From positions 8,556,001 to 8,620,000 of the forward strand of contig OZ176056.1 in NCBI GenBank assembly GCA_964247055.1: a DNA stretch of 64,000 nt. The letters are read 5' to 3'. The stretch's first letter is position 1, and each line of letters begins with the position of its first letter. The translations under genes and the position numbers were made by a program. The DNA is from Paragordius varius. Lineage: Eukaryota; Animalia; Nematomorpha. Shown here in pieces: positions 22,503-37,500 of this stretch. The notes beneath the pieces are model-generated. The model was not told the origin of the DNA. It saw only the letters and a program-made list of their open reading frames with translations, and ran no database searches.

Positions 22503-25500
22503 TTTTAACCGATTACCAAATTTTAAGAAAATTTTAACCGATTTTAGCAAATTTTAAGAAAACTTTAATCGATTTTTAACAAAACTTAAGGAAACTTTAA
22601 CCGATTTTTAGCAAATTTCAGGGAAACTTTAACCGATTTTTAACAAAACTGAAGGAAACTTTAACCGATTTTTAGCAAATTTTAGGGAAACTTTAACCGA
22701 TTTTTAACATTAAGGAAACTTTAACCGATTTTTAGCAAATTTTAAGGAAATTTTAACCGATTTTTAACAAAACTTAAGGAAACTTTAACCAATTTTTAAC
22801 AAAACTTAAGGAAACTTTAACCAATTTTTAGCAAATTTTAAGGAATCTTTAACCAATTTTTAGCAAATTTTAAGGAATCTTTAACCGATTTTAGCTTATT
22901 ATAAGGAAACTTTAACTGATTATTAGCAAATTTTAAGGAAACTTTAACCGATTTTTAGCCTATTATAAGGAAACTTTAACCGATTTTAGCAAATTTTAGG
23001 GAAACTTTAACCGATTTTTAGCAAATTTTAAGGAAATTTTAACCGATTTTTAACAAAACTTAAGGAAACTTTAACCGATTTTTAGCAAATTTTAGGGAAA
23101 CTTTAACCGATTTTTAGCAAATTTTAAGGAAATTTTAACCGATTTTTAACAAAACTTAAGGAAACTTTAACCGATTTTTAGCAAATTTTAGGGAAACTTT
23201 AACCGATTTTTAACAAAACTTAAGGAAACTTTAACCGATTTTTAACAAAACTTAAGGAAACTTTAACCGATTTTTAACAAAACTTAAGGAAACTTTAACC
23301 GATTTTTAGCAAATTTCAGGGAAACTTTAACCGATTTTTAACAAAACTGAAGGAAACTTTAACCGATTTTTAGCAAATTTTAGGGAAACTTTAACCGATT
23401 TTTAACATTAAGGAAACTTTAACCGATTTTTAGCAAATTTTAAGGAAATTTTAACCGATTTTTAACAAAACTTAAGGAAACTTTAACCAATTTTTAACAA
23501 AACTTAAGGAAACTTTAACCAATTTTTAGCAAATTTTAAGGAATCTTTAACCAATTTTTAGCAAATTTTAAGGAATCTTTAACCGATTTTAGCTTATTAT
23601 AAGGAAACTTTAACTGATTATTAGCAAATTTTAAGGAAACTTTAACCGATTTTTAGCCTATTATAAGGAAACTTTAACCGATTTTAGCAAATTTTAGGGA
23701 AACTTTAACCGATTTTTAGCAAATTTTAAGGAAATTTTAACCGATTTTTAACAAAACTTAAGGAAACTTTAACCGATTTTAGCAAATTTTAAGATAATTT
23801 TAACCGATTATTAGCAAATTTTAAGAAAATTTTAACTGATTTTTAACCGATTTTTAGCAAATTTTATGAAAACTTTAACCGATTATTAGCAAATTTTAAG
23901 ATAATTTTAACCGATTTTTAGCAAATTTAAACTTTAATCGATTTTTAACAAAACTTAAGAAAACTTTAACCGATTTTCAGCAAATTCTAAGGAAACTTTA
24001 ACCAATTTTTAGCAAATTTTAGGGTAACTTTAACCGATTTTTAACAAAACTTAAGGAAACTTTAACCGATTTTTAGCAAATTTTAGGGTAACTTTAACCG
24101 ATTTTTAACAAAACTTAAGGAAACTTTAACCGATTTTTAACAAAACTTAAGGAAACTTTAACCGATTTTTAACAAAACTTAAGGAAACTTTAACCGATTT
24201 TTAGCAAATTTCAGGGAAACTTTAACCGATTTTTAACAAAACTGAAGGAAACTTTAACCGATTTTTAGCAAATTTTAGGGAAACTTTAACCGATTTTTAA
24301 CATTAAGGAAACTTTAACCGATTTTTAGCAAATTTTAAGGAAATTTTAACCGATTTTTAACAAAACTTAAGGAAACTTTAACCAATTTTTAGCAAATTTT
24401 AAGGAATCTTTAACCGATTTTAGCTTATTATAAGGAAACTTTAACTGATTATTAGCAAATTTTAAGGAAACTTTAACCGATTTTTAGCCTATTATAAGGA
24501 AACTTTAACCGATTTTAGCAAATTTTAGGGAAACTTTAACCGATTTTTAGCAAATTTTAAGGAAATTTTAACCGATTTTTAACAAATTTTAAGGAAACTT
24601 TAACCGATTTTTAGCAAATTTTAAGGAAATTTTAACCGATTTTTAACAAAACTTAAGGAAACCTTAACCGATTTTTAGCAAATTTTAGGGTAACTTTAAC
24701 CGATTTTTAACAAAACTTAAGGAAACTTTAACCGATTTTTAACAAAACTTAAGGAAACTTTAACCGATTTTTAACAAAACTTAAGGAAACTTTAACCGAT
24801 TTTTAGCAAATTTCAGGGAAACTTTAACCGATTTTTAACAAAACTGAAGGAAACTTTAACCGATTTTTAGCAAATTTTAGGGAAACTTTAACCGATTTTT
24901 AACAAAACTGAAGGAAACTTTAACCGATTTTTAACAAAACTTAAGGAAACTTTAACCGATTTTTAACAAAACTTAAGGAAACTTTAACCGATTTTTAGCA
25001 AATTTCAGGGAAACTTTAACCGATTTTTAACAAAACTGAAGGAAACTTTGACCGATTTTTAGCAAATTTTAGGGAAAAACCGATTTTTAACATTAAGGAA
25101 ACTTTAACCGATTTTTAGCAAATTTTAAGGAAATTTTAACCGATTTTTAACAAAACTTAAGGAAACTTTAACCAATTTTTAGCAAATTTTAAGGAATCTT
25201 TAACCAATTTTTAGCAAATTTTAAGGAATCTTTCTTTTAACCGATTTTAGCTTATTATAAGGAAACTTTAACTGATTATTAGCAAATTTTAAGGAAACTT
25301 TAACCGATTTTTAGCCTATTATAAGGAAACTTTAACCGATTTTAGCAAATTTTAGGGAAACTTTAACCGATTTTTAGCAAATTTTAAGGAAATTTTAACC
25401 GATTTTTAACAAATTTTAAGGAAATTTTAACCGATTTTTAACAAATTTTAAGGAAACTTTAACCGATTATTAGCAAATTTTAAGAAAATTTTAACTGATT

Positions 25501-28500
25501 TTTAACCGATTTTTAGCAAATTTTATGAAAACTTTAACCGATTATTAGCAAATTTTAAGATAATTTTAACCGATTTTTAGCCTATTATAAGGAAACTTTA
25601 ACCTATTATTAGAAAATTTTAAGAAAACTTTAACCGATTATTAGCAAATTTTAAGATAATTTTAACCGATTTTTAGCAAATTTAAACTTTAATCGATTTT
25701 TAACAAAACTTAAGAAAACTTTAACCGATTTTCAGCAAATTCTAAGGAAACTTTAACCGATTTTAGCAAATTTTAGGGTAACTTTAACCGATTTTTAACA
25801 AAACTTAAGGAAACTTTAACCGATTTTTAACAAAACTGAAGGAAACTTTAACCGATTTTTAACAAAACTGAAGGAAACTTTAACCAATTTTTAACAAAAC
25901 TTAAGGAAACTTTAACCGATTTTTAGCAAATTTCAGGGAAACTTTAACCGATTTTTAGCAAATTTCAGGGAAACTTTAACCGATTTTTAACAAAACTGAA
26001 GGAAACTTTAACCGATTTTTAACAAAACTGAAGGAAACTTTAACCGATTTTTAACAAAACTGAAGGAAACTTTAACCAATTTTTAACAAAACTTAAGGAA
26101 ACTTTAACCGATTTTTAGCAAATTTCAGGGAAACTTTAACCGATTTTTAACAAAACTGAAGGAAACTTTAACCAATTTTTAGCAAATTTTAAGAAAACTT
26201 TAACCGATTTTTAGTAAATTTTAAGGAAATTTTAGCAAATTTTAAGATAATTTTAACCGATTATTAGCCTATTATAAGGAAACTTTAATCGATTTTTAAC
26301 AAAACTGAAGGAATCTTTAACCGATTTTTAGCAAATTTTAAGGAAATTTTAACCGATTTTCAGCAAATTCTAAGGAGACTTTAACCAATTTTTAGCAAAT
26401 TTTAGGTAAACTTTAACCGATTTTTCAAATTTTAAGGAAACTTTAACCGATTATGGCTAATTTTCATGAAACTTTAATTGATTTTTAACAAAACTTAAGG
26501 AAACTTTAACCGATTTTTAGCAAATTTTAGCCGATTTTTACCAATTTTTAGGGAAACTTTAACCGATTTTTAGCCTATTATAAGGAAAATTTAACCGATT
26601 ATTAGCAAATTTTAAGAAAACTTTAACCGATTTTTAGTAAATTTTAAGGAAATTTTAGCAAATTTTAAGATAATTTTAACCGATTATTAGCAAATTTTAA
26701 GATAATTTTAACCGATTTTTAGCCTATTATAAGGAAACTTTAACCTATTATTAGAAAATTTTAAGAAAACTTTAACCGATTATTAGCAAATTTTAAGATA
26801 ATTTTAACCGATTTTTAGCAAATTTAAACTTTAATCGATTTTTAACAAAACTTAAGAAAACTTTAACCGATTTTCAGCAAATTCTAAGGAAACTTTAACC
26901 GATTTTAGCAAATTTTAGGGTAACTTTAACCGATTTTTAACAAAACTTAAGGAAACTTTAACCGATTTTTAACAAAACTGAAGGAAACTTTAACCGATTT
27001 TTAACAAAACTGAAGGAAACTTTAACCAATTTTTAACAAAACTTAAGGAAACTTTAACCGATTTTTAGCAAATTTCAGGGAAACTTTAACCGATTTTTAG
27101 CAAATTTCAGGGAAACTTTAACCGATTTTTAACAAAACTGAAGGAAACTTTAACCGATTTTTAACAAAACTGAAGGAAACTTTAACCGATTTTTAACAAA
27201 ACTGAAGGAAACTTTAACCAATTTTTAACAAAACTTAAGGAAACTTTAACCGATTTTTAGCAAATTTCAGGGAAACTTTAACCGATTTTTAACAAAACTG
27301 AAGGAAACTTTAACCAATTTTTAGCAAATTTTAAGAAAACTTTAACCGATTTTTAGTAAATTTTAAGGAAATTTTAGCAAATTTTAAGATAATTTTAACC
27401 GATTATTAGCCTATTATAAGGAAACTTTAATCGATTTTTAACAAAACTGAAGGAATCTTTAACCGATTTTTAGCAAATTTTAAGGAAATTTTAACCGATT
27501 TTCAGCAAATTCTAAGGAGACTTTAACCAATTTTTAGCAAATTTTAGGTAAACTTTAACCGATTTTTCAAATTTTAAGGAAACTTTAACCGATTATGGCT
27601 AATTTTCATGAAACTTTAATTGATTTTTAACAAAACTTAAGGAAACTTTAACCGATTTTTAGCAAATTTTAGCCGATTTTTACCAATTTTTAGGGAAACT
27701 TTAAACGATTTTTAACAAATTTTAAGGAAAACTTTAACCGATTTTTAGCCTATTATAAGGAAAATTTAACCGATTATTAGCAAATTTTAAGAAAACTTTA
27801 ACCGATTTTTAGTAAATTTTAAGGAAATTTTAGCAAATTTTAAGATAATTTTAACCGATTATTAGCAAATTTTAAGAAAATTTTAACCGATTTTTAGCCT
27901 ATTATAAGGAAACTTTAATCGATTTTTAACAAAACTTAAGGAAACTTTAACCAATTTTTAGCAAATTTTAAGGAATCTTTAACCAATTTTTAGCAAATTT
28001 TAAGGAATCTTTCTTTTAACCGATTTTAGCTTATTATAAGGAAACTTTAACTGATTATTAGCAAATTTTAAGGAAACTTTAACCGATTTTTAGCCTATTA
28101 TAAGGAAACTTTAACCGATTTTAGCAAATTTTAGGGAAACTTTAACCGATTTTTAGCAAATTTTAAGGAAATTTTAACCGATTTTTAACAAATTTTAAGG
28201 AAATTTTAACCGATTTTTAACAAATTTTAAGGAAACTTTAACCGATTATTAGCAAATTTTAAGAAAATTTTAACTGATTTTTAACCGATTTTTAGCAAAT
28301 TTTATGAAAACTTTAACCGATTATTAGCAAATTTTAAGATAATTTTAACCGATTTTTAGCCTATTATAAGGAAACTTTAACCTATTATTAGAAAATTTTA
28401 AGAAAACTTTAACCGATTATTAGCAAATTTTAAGATAATTTTAACCGATTTTTAGCAAATTTAAACTTTAATCGATTTTTAACAAAACTTAAGAAAACTT

Positions 28501-31500
28501 TAACCGATTTTCAGCAAATTCTAAGGAAACTTTAACCGATTTTAGCAAATTTTAGGGTAACTTTAACCGATTTTTAACAAAACTTAAGGAAACTTTAACC
28601 GATTTTTAACAAAACTGAAGGAAACTTTAACCGATTTTTAACAAAACTGAAGGAAACTTTAACCAATTTTTAACAAAACTTAAGGAAACTTTAACCGATT
28701 TTTAGCAAATTTCAGGGAAACTTTAACCGATTTTTAGCAAATTTCAGGGAAACTTTAACCGATTTTTAACAAAACTGAAGGAAACTTTAACCGATTTTTA
28801 ACAAAACTGAAGGAAACTTTAACCGATTTTTAACAAAACTGAAGGAAACTTTAACCAATTTTTAACAAAACTTAAGGAAACTTTAACCGATTTTTAGCAA
28901 ATTTCAGGGAAACTTTAACCGATTTTTAACAAAACTGAAGGAAACTTTAACCAATTTTTAGCAAATTTTAAGAAAACTTTAACCGATTTTTAGTAAATTT
29001 TAAGGAAATTTTAGCAAATTTTAAGATAATTTTAACCGATTATTAGCCTATTATAAGGAAACTTTAATCGATTTTTAACAAAACTGAAGGAATCTTTAAC
29101 CGATTTTTAGCAAATTTTAAGGAAATTTTAACCGATTTTCAGCAAATTCTAAGGAGACTTTAACCAATTTTTAGCAAATTTTAGGTAAACTTTAACCGAT
29201 TTTTCAAATTTTAAGGAAACTTTAACCGATTATGGCTAATTTTCATGAAACTTTAATTGATTTTTAACAAAACTTAAGGAAACTTTAACCGATTTTTAGC
29301 AAATTTTAGCCGATTTTTACCAATTTTTAGGGAAACTTTAACCGATTTTTAGCCTATTATAAGGAAAATTTAACCGATTATTAGCAAATTTTAAGAAAAC
29401 TTTAACCGATTTTTAGTAAATTTTAAGGAAATTTTAGCAAATTTTAAGATAATTTTAACCGATTATTAGCAAATTTTAAGATAATTTTAACCGATTTTTA
29501 GCCTATTATAAGGAAACTTTAACCTATTATTAGAAAATTTTAAGAAAACTTTAACCGATTATTAGCAAATTTTAAGATAATTTTAACCGATTTTTAGCAA
29601 ATTTAAACTTTAATCGATTTTTAACAAAACTTAAGAAAACTTTAACCGATTTTCAGCAAATTCTAAGGAAACTTTAACCGATTTTAGCAAATTTTAGGGT
29701 AACTTTAACCGATTTTTAACAAAACTTAAGGAAACTTTAACCGATTTTTAACAAAACTGAAGGAAACTTTAACCGATTTTTAACAAAACTGAAGGAAACT
29801 TTAACCAATTTTTAACAAAACTTAAGGAAACTTTAACCGATTTTTAGCAAATTTCAGGGAAACTTTAACCGATTTTTAGCAAATTTCAGGGAAACTTTAA
29901 CCGATTTTTAACAAAACTGAAGGAAACTTTAACCGATTTTTAACAAAACTGAAGGAAACTTTAACCGATTTTTAACAAAACTGAAGGAAACTTTAACCAA
30001 TTTTTAACAAAACTTAAGGAAACTTTAACCGATTTTTAGCAAATTTCAGGGAAACTTTAACCGATTTTTAACAAAACTGAAGGAAACTTTAACCAATTTT
30101 TAGCAAATTTTAAGAAAACTTTAACCGATTTTTAGTAAATTTTAAGGAAATTTTAGCAAATTTTAAGATAATTTTAACCGATTATTAGCCTATTATAAGG
30201 AAACTTTAATCGATTTTTAACAAAACTGAAGGAATCTTTAACCGATTTTTAGCAAATTTTAAGGAAATTTTAACCGATTTTCAGCAAATTCTAAGGAGAC
30301 TTTAACCAATTTTTAGCAAATTTTAGGTAAACTTTAACCGATTTTTCAAATTTTAAGGAAACTTTAACCGATTATGGCTAATTTTCATGAAACTTTAATT
30401 GATTTTTAACAAAACTTAAGGAAACTTTAACCGATTTTTAGCAAATTTTAGCCGATTTTTACCAATTTTTAGGGAAACTTTAAACGATTTTTAACAAATT
30501 TTAAGGAAAACTTTAACCGATTTTTAGCCTATTATAAGGAAAATTTAACCGATTATTAGCAAATTTTAAGAAAACTTTAACCGATTTTTAGTAAATTTTA
30601 AGGAAATTTTAGCAAATTTTAAGATAATTTTAACCGATTATTAGCAAATTTTAAGAAAATTTTAACCGATTTTTAGCCTATTATAAGGAAACTTTAATCG
30701 ATTTTTAACAAAACTTAAGGAAACTTTAACCGATTTTTAGCAAATTTTAGGGAAATTTTAACCGATTTTTAACAAAACTTAAGGAAACTTTAACCGATTT
30801 TTAGTAAATTTTAAGGAAATTTTGAAAAATTTTAACCGATTTTTAGCAAATTTTAGGGAAATTTTAACCGATTTTAGCAAATTTTAACCGATTATTAGCA
30901 AATTTTAAGAAAATTTTAACTGATTTTTAACCGATTTTTAGCAAATTTTATGAAAACTTTAACCGATTATTAGCAAATTTTAAGATAATTTTAACCGATT
31001 TTTAGCCTATTATAAGGAAACTTTAACCGATTATTAGAAAATTTTAAGAAAACTTTAACCGATTATTAGCAAATTTTAAGATAATTTTAACCGATTTTTA
31101 GCAAATTTTAAGGAAACTTTAATCGATTTTTAACAAAACTTAAGAAAACTTTAACCGATTTTCAGCAAATTCTAAGGAAACTTTAAGCAATTTTTAGCAA
31201 ATTTTAGGTAAACTTTAACCGATTTTTCAAATTTTAAGGAAACTTTAACCGATTATGGCTAATTTTCATGAAACTTTAATTGATTTTTAACAAAACTTAA
31301 GGAAACTTTAACCGATTTTTAGCAAATTTTAGCCGATTTTTACCAATTTTTAGGGAAACTTTAAACGATTTTTAACAAATTTTAAGGAAAACTTTAACCG
31401 ATTTTTAGCCTATTATAAGGAAAATTTAACCGATTATTAGCAAATTTTAAGAAAACTTTAACCGATTTTTAGTAAATTTTAAGGAAATTTTAGCAAATTT

Positions 31501-34500
31501 TAAGATAATTTTAACCGATTATTAGCAAATTTTAAGAAAATTTTAACCGATTTTTAGCCTATTATAAGGAAACTTTAATCGATTTTTAACAAAACTTAAG
31601 GAAACTTTAACCGATTTTTAGCAAATTATAGGGAAATTTTAACCGATTTTTAACAAAACTTAAGGAAACTTTAACCGATTTTTAGTAAATTTTAAGGAAA
31701 TTTTGGCAAATTTTGAAAAATTTTAACCGATTTTTAGCAAATTTTAGGGAAATTTTAACCGATTTTAGCAAATTTTAACCGATTATTAGCAAATTTTAAG
31801 AAAATTTTAACTGATTTTTAACCGATTTTTAGCAAATTTTATGAAAACTTTAACCGATTATTAGCAAATTTTAAGATAATTTTAACCGATTTTTAGCCTA
31901 TTATAAGGAAACTTTAACCGATTATTAGAAAATTTTAAGAAAACTTTAACCGATTATTAGCAAATTTTAAGATAATTTTAACCGATTTTTAGCAAATTTT
32001 AAGGAAACTTTAATCGATTTTTAACAAAACTTAAGAAAACTTTAACCGATTTTTAGCAAATTTCAGGGAAACTTTAACCGATTTTTAACAAAACTGAAGG
32101 AAACTTTAACCAATTTTTAGCAAATTTTAAGAAAACTTTAACCGATTTTTAGTAAATTTTAAGGAAATTTTAGCAAATTTTAAGATAATTTTAACCGATT
32201 ATTAGCCTATTATAAGGAAACTTTAATCGATTTTTAACAAAACTGAAGGAATCTTTAACCGATTTTTAGCAAATTTTAAGGAAATTTTAACCGATTTTCA
32301 GCAAATTCTAAGGAGACTTTAACCAATTTTTAGCAAATTTTAGGTAAACTTTAACCGATTTTTCAAATTTTAAGGAAACTTTAACCGATTATGGCTAATT
32401 TTCATGAAACTTTAATTGATTTTTAACAAAACTTAAGGAAACTTTAACCGATTTTTAGCAAATTTTAGCCGATTTTTACCAATTTTTAGGGAAACTTTAA
32501 CCGATTTTTAGCCTATTATAAGGAAAATTTAACCGATTATTAGCAAATTTTAAGAAAACTTTAACCGATTTTTAGTAAATTTTAAGGAAATTTTAGCAAA
32601 TTTTAAGATAATTTTAACCGATTATTAGCAAATTTTAAGATAATTTTAACCGATTTTTAGCCTATTATAAGGAAACTTTAACCTATTATTAGAAAATTTT
32701 AAGAAAACTTTAACCGATTATTAGCAAATTTTAAGATAATTTTAACCGATTTTTAGCAAATTTAAACTTTAATCGATTTTTAACAAAACTTAAGAAAACT
32801 TTAACCGATTTTCAGCAAATTCTAAGGAAACTTTAACCGATTTTAGCAAATTTTAGGGTAACTTTAACCGATTTTTAGTAAATTTTAAGGAAATTTTAGC
32901 AAATTTTAAGATAATTTTAACCGATTATTAGCAAATTTTAAGATAATTTTAACCGATTTTTAGCCTATTATAAGGAAACTTTAACCTATTATTAGAAAAT
33001 TTTAAGAAAACTTTAACCGATTATTAGCAAATTTTAAGATAATTTTAACCGATTTTTAGCAAATTTAAACTTTAATCGATTTTTAACAAAACTTAAGAAA
33101 ACTTTAACCGATTTTCAGCAAATTCTAAGGAAACTTTAACCGATTTTAGCAAATTTTAGGGTAACTTTAACCGATTTTTAACAAAACTTAAGGAAACTTT
33201 AACCGATTTTTAACAAAACTGAAGGAAACTTTAACCGATTTTTAACAAAACTGAAGGAAACTTTAACCAATTTTTAACAAAACTTAAGGAAACTTTAACC
33301 GATTTTTAGCAAATTTCAGGGAAACTTTAACCGATTTTTAGCAAATTTCAGGGAAACTTTAACCGATTTTTAACAAAACTGAAGGAAACTTTAACCGATT
33401 TTTAACAAAACTGAAGGAAACTTTAACCGATTTTTAACAAAACTGAAGGAAACTTTAACCAATTTTTAACAAAACTTAAGGAAACTTTAACCGATTTTTA
33501 GCAAATTTCAGGGAAACTTTAACCGATTTTTAACAAAACTGAAGGAAACTTTAACCAATTTTTAGCAAATTTTAAGAAAACTTTAACCGATTTTTAGTAA
33601 ATTTTAAGGAAATTTTAGCAAATTTTAAGATAATTTTAACCGATTATTAGCCTATTATAAGGAAACTTTAATCGATTTTTAACAAAACTGAAGGAATCTT
33701 TAACCGATTTTTAGCAAATTTTAAGGAAATTTTAACCGATTTTCAGCAAATTCTAAGGAGACTTTAACCAATTTTTAGCAAATTTTAGGTAAACTTTAAC
33801 CGATTTTTCAAATTTTAAGGAAACTTTAACCGATTATGGCTAATTTTCATGAAACTTTAATTGATTTTTAACAAAACTTAAGGAAACTTTAACCGATTTT
33901 TAGCAAATTTTAGCCGATTTTTACCAATTTTTAGGGAAACTTTAAACGATTTTTAACAAATTTTAAGGAAAACTTTAACCGATTTTTAGCCTATTATAAG
34001 GAAAATTTAACCGATTATTAGCAAATTTTAAGAAAACTTTAACCGATTTTTAGTAAATTTTAAGGAAATTTTAGCAAATTTTAAGATAATTTTAACCGAT
34101 TATTAGCAAATTTTAAGAAAATTTTAACCGATTTTTAGCCTATTATAAGGAAACTTTAATCGATTTTTAACAAAACTTAAGGAAACTTTAACCAATTTTT
34201 AGCAAATTTTAAGGAATCTTTAACCAATTTTTAGCAAATTTTAAGGAATCTTTCTTTTAACCGATTTTAGCTTATTATAAGGAAACTTTAACTGATTATT
34301 AGCAAATTTTAAGGAAACTTTAACCGATTTTTAGCCTATTATAAGGAAACTTTAACCGATTTTAGCAAATTTTAGGGAAACTTTAACCGATTTTTAGCAA
34401 ATTTTAAGGAAATTTTAACCGATTTTTAACAAATTTTAAGGAAATTTTAACCGATTTTTAACAAATTTTAAGGAAACTTTAACCGATTATTAGCAAATTT

Positions 34501-37500
34501 TAAGAAAATTTTAACTGATTTTTAACCGATTTTTAGCAAATTTTATGAAAACTTTAACCGATTATTAGCAAATTTTAAGATAATTTTAACCGATTTTTAG
34601 CCTATTATAAGGAAACTTTAACCTATTATTAGAAAATTTTAAGAAAACTTTAACCGATTATTAGCAAATTTTAAGATAATTTTAACCGATTTTTAGCAAA
34701 TTTAAACTTTAATCGATTTTTAACAAAACTTAAGAAAACTTTAACCGATTTTCAGCAAATTCTAAGGAAACTTTAACCGATTTTAGCAAATTTTAGGGTA
34801 ACTTTAACCGATTTTTAACAAAACTTAAGGAAACTTTAACCGATTTTTAACAAAACTGAAGGAAACTTTAACCGATTTTTAACAAAACTGAAGGAAACTT
34901 TAACCAATTTTTAACAAAACTTAAGGAAACTTTAACCGATTTTTAGCAAATTTCAGGGAAACTTTAACCGATTTTTAGCAAATTTCAGGGAAACTTTAAC
35001 CGATTTTTAACAAAACTGAAGGAAACTTTAACCGATTTTTAACAAAACTGAAGGAAACTTTAACCGATTTTTAACAAAACTGAAGGAAACTTTAACCAAT
35101 TTTTAACAAAACTTAAGGAAACTTTAACCGATTTTTAGCAAATTTCAGGGAAACTTTAACCGATTTTTAACAAAACTGAAGGAAACTTTAACCAATTTTT
35201 AGCAAATTTTAAGAAAACTTTAACCGATTTTTAGTAAATTTTAAGGAAATTTTAGCAAATTTTAAGATAATTTTAACCGATTATTAGCCTATTATAAGGA
35301 AACTTTAATCGATTTTTAACAAAACTGAAGGAATCTTTAACCGATTTTTAGCAAATTTTAAGGAAATTTTAACCGATTTTCAGCAAATTCTAAGGAGACT
35401 TTAACCAATTTTTAGCAAATTTTAGGTAAACTTTAACCGATTTTTCAAATTTTAAGGAAACTTTAACCGATTATGGCTAATTTTCATGAAACTTTAATTG
35501 ATTTTTAACAAAACTTAAGGAAACTTTAACCGATTTTTAGCAAATTTTAGCCGATTTTTACCAATTTTTAGGGAAACTTTAACCGATTTTTAGCCTATTA
35601 TAAGGAAAATTTAACCGATTATTAGCAAATTTTAAGAAAACTTTAACCGATTTTTAGTAAATTTTAAGGAAATTTTAGCAAATTTTAAGATAATTTTAAC
35701 CGATTATTAGCAAATTTTAAGATAATTTTAACCGATTTTTAGCCTATTATAAGGAAACTTTAACCTATTATTAGAAAATTTTAAGAAAACTTTAACCGAT
35801 TATTAGCAAATTTTAAGATAATTTTAACCGATTTTTAGCAAATTTAAACTTTAATCGATTTTTAACAAAACTTAAGAAAACTTTAACCGATTTTCAGCAA
35901 ATTCTAAGGAAACTTTAACCGATTTTAGCAAATTTTAGGGTAACTTTAACCGATTTTTAACAAAACTTAAGGAAACTTTAACCGATTTTTAACAAAACTG
36001 AAGGAAACTTTAACCGATTTTTAACAAAACTGAAGGAAACTTTAACCAATTTTTAACAAAACTTAAGGAAACTTTAACCGATTTTTAGCAAATTTCAGGG
36101 AAACTTTAACCGATTTTTAGCAAATTTCAGGGAAACTTTAACCGATTTTTAACAAAACTGAAGGAAACTTTAACCGATTTTTAACAAAACTGAAGGAAAC
36201 TTTAACCGATTTTTAACAAAACTGAAGGAAACTTTAACCAATTTTTAACAAAACTTAAGGAAACTTTAACCGATTTTTAGCAAATTTCAGGGAAACTTTA
36301 ACCGATTTTTAACAAAACTGAAGGAAACTTTAACCAATTTTTAGCAAATTTTAAGAAAACTTTAACCGATTTTTAGTAAATTTTAAGGAAATTTTAGCAA
36401 ATTTTAAGATAATTTTAACCGATTATTAGCCTATTATAAGGAAACTTTAATCGATTTTTAACAAAACTGAAGGAATCTTTAACCGATTTTTAGCAAATTT
36501 TAAGGAAATTTTAACCGATTTTCAGCAAATTCTAAGGAGACTTTAACCAATTTTTAGCAAATTGGTAAACTTTAACCGATTTTTCAAATTTTAAGGAAAC
36601 TTTAACCGATTATGGCTAATTTTCATGAAACTTTAATTGATTTTTAACAAAACTTAAGGAAACTTTAACCGATTTTTAGCAAATTTTAGCCGATTTTTAC
36701 CAATTTTTAGGGAAACTTTAAACGATTTTTAACAAATTTTAAGGAAAACTTTAACCGATTTTTAGCCTATTATAAGGAAAATTTAACCGATTATTAGCAA
36801 ATTTTAAGAAAACTTTAACCGATTTTTAGTAAATTTTAAGGAAATTTTAGCAAATTTTAAGATAATTTTAACCGATTATTAGCAAATTTTAAGAAAATTT
36901 TAACCGATTTTTAGCCTATTATAAGGAAACTTTAATCGATTTTTAACAAAACTTAAGGAAACTTTAACCGATTTTTAGCAAATTTTAGGGAAATTTTAAC
37001 CGATTTTTAACAAAACTTAAGGAAACTTTAACCGATTTTTAGTAAATTTTAAGGAAATTTTGGCAAATTTTGAAAAATTTTAACCGATTTTTAGCAAATT
37101 TTAGGGAAATTTTAACCGATTTTAGCAAATTTTAACCGATTATTAGCAAATTTTAAGAAAATTTTAACTGATTTTTAACCGATTTTTAGCAAATTTTATG
37201 AAAACTTTAACCGATTATTAGCAAATTTTAAGATAATTTTAACCGATTTTTAGCCTATTATAAGGAAACTTTAACCGATTATTAGAAAATTTTAAGAAAA
37301 CTTTAACCGATTATTAGCAAATTTTAAGATAATTTTAACCGATTTTTAGCAAATTTTAAGGAAACTTTAATCGATTTTTAACAAAACTTAAGAAAACTTT
37401 AACCGATTTTCAGCAAATTCTAAGGAAACTTTAAGCAATTTTTAGCAAATTTTAGGTAAACTTTAACCGATTTTTCAAATTTTAAGGAAACTTTAACCGA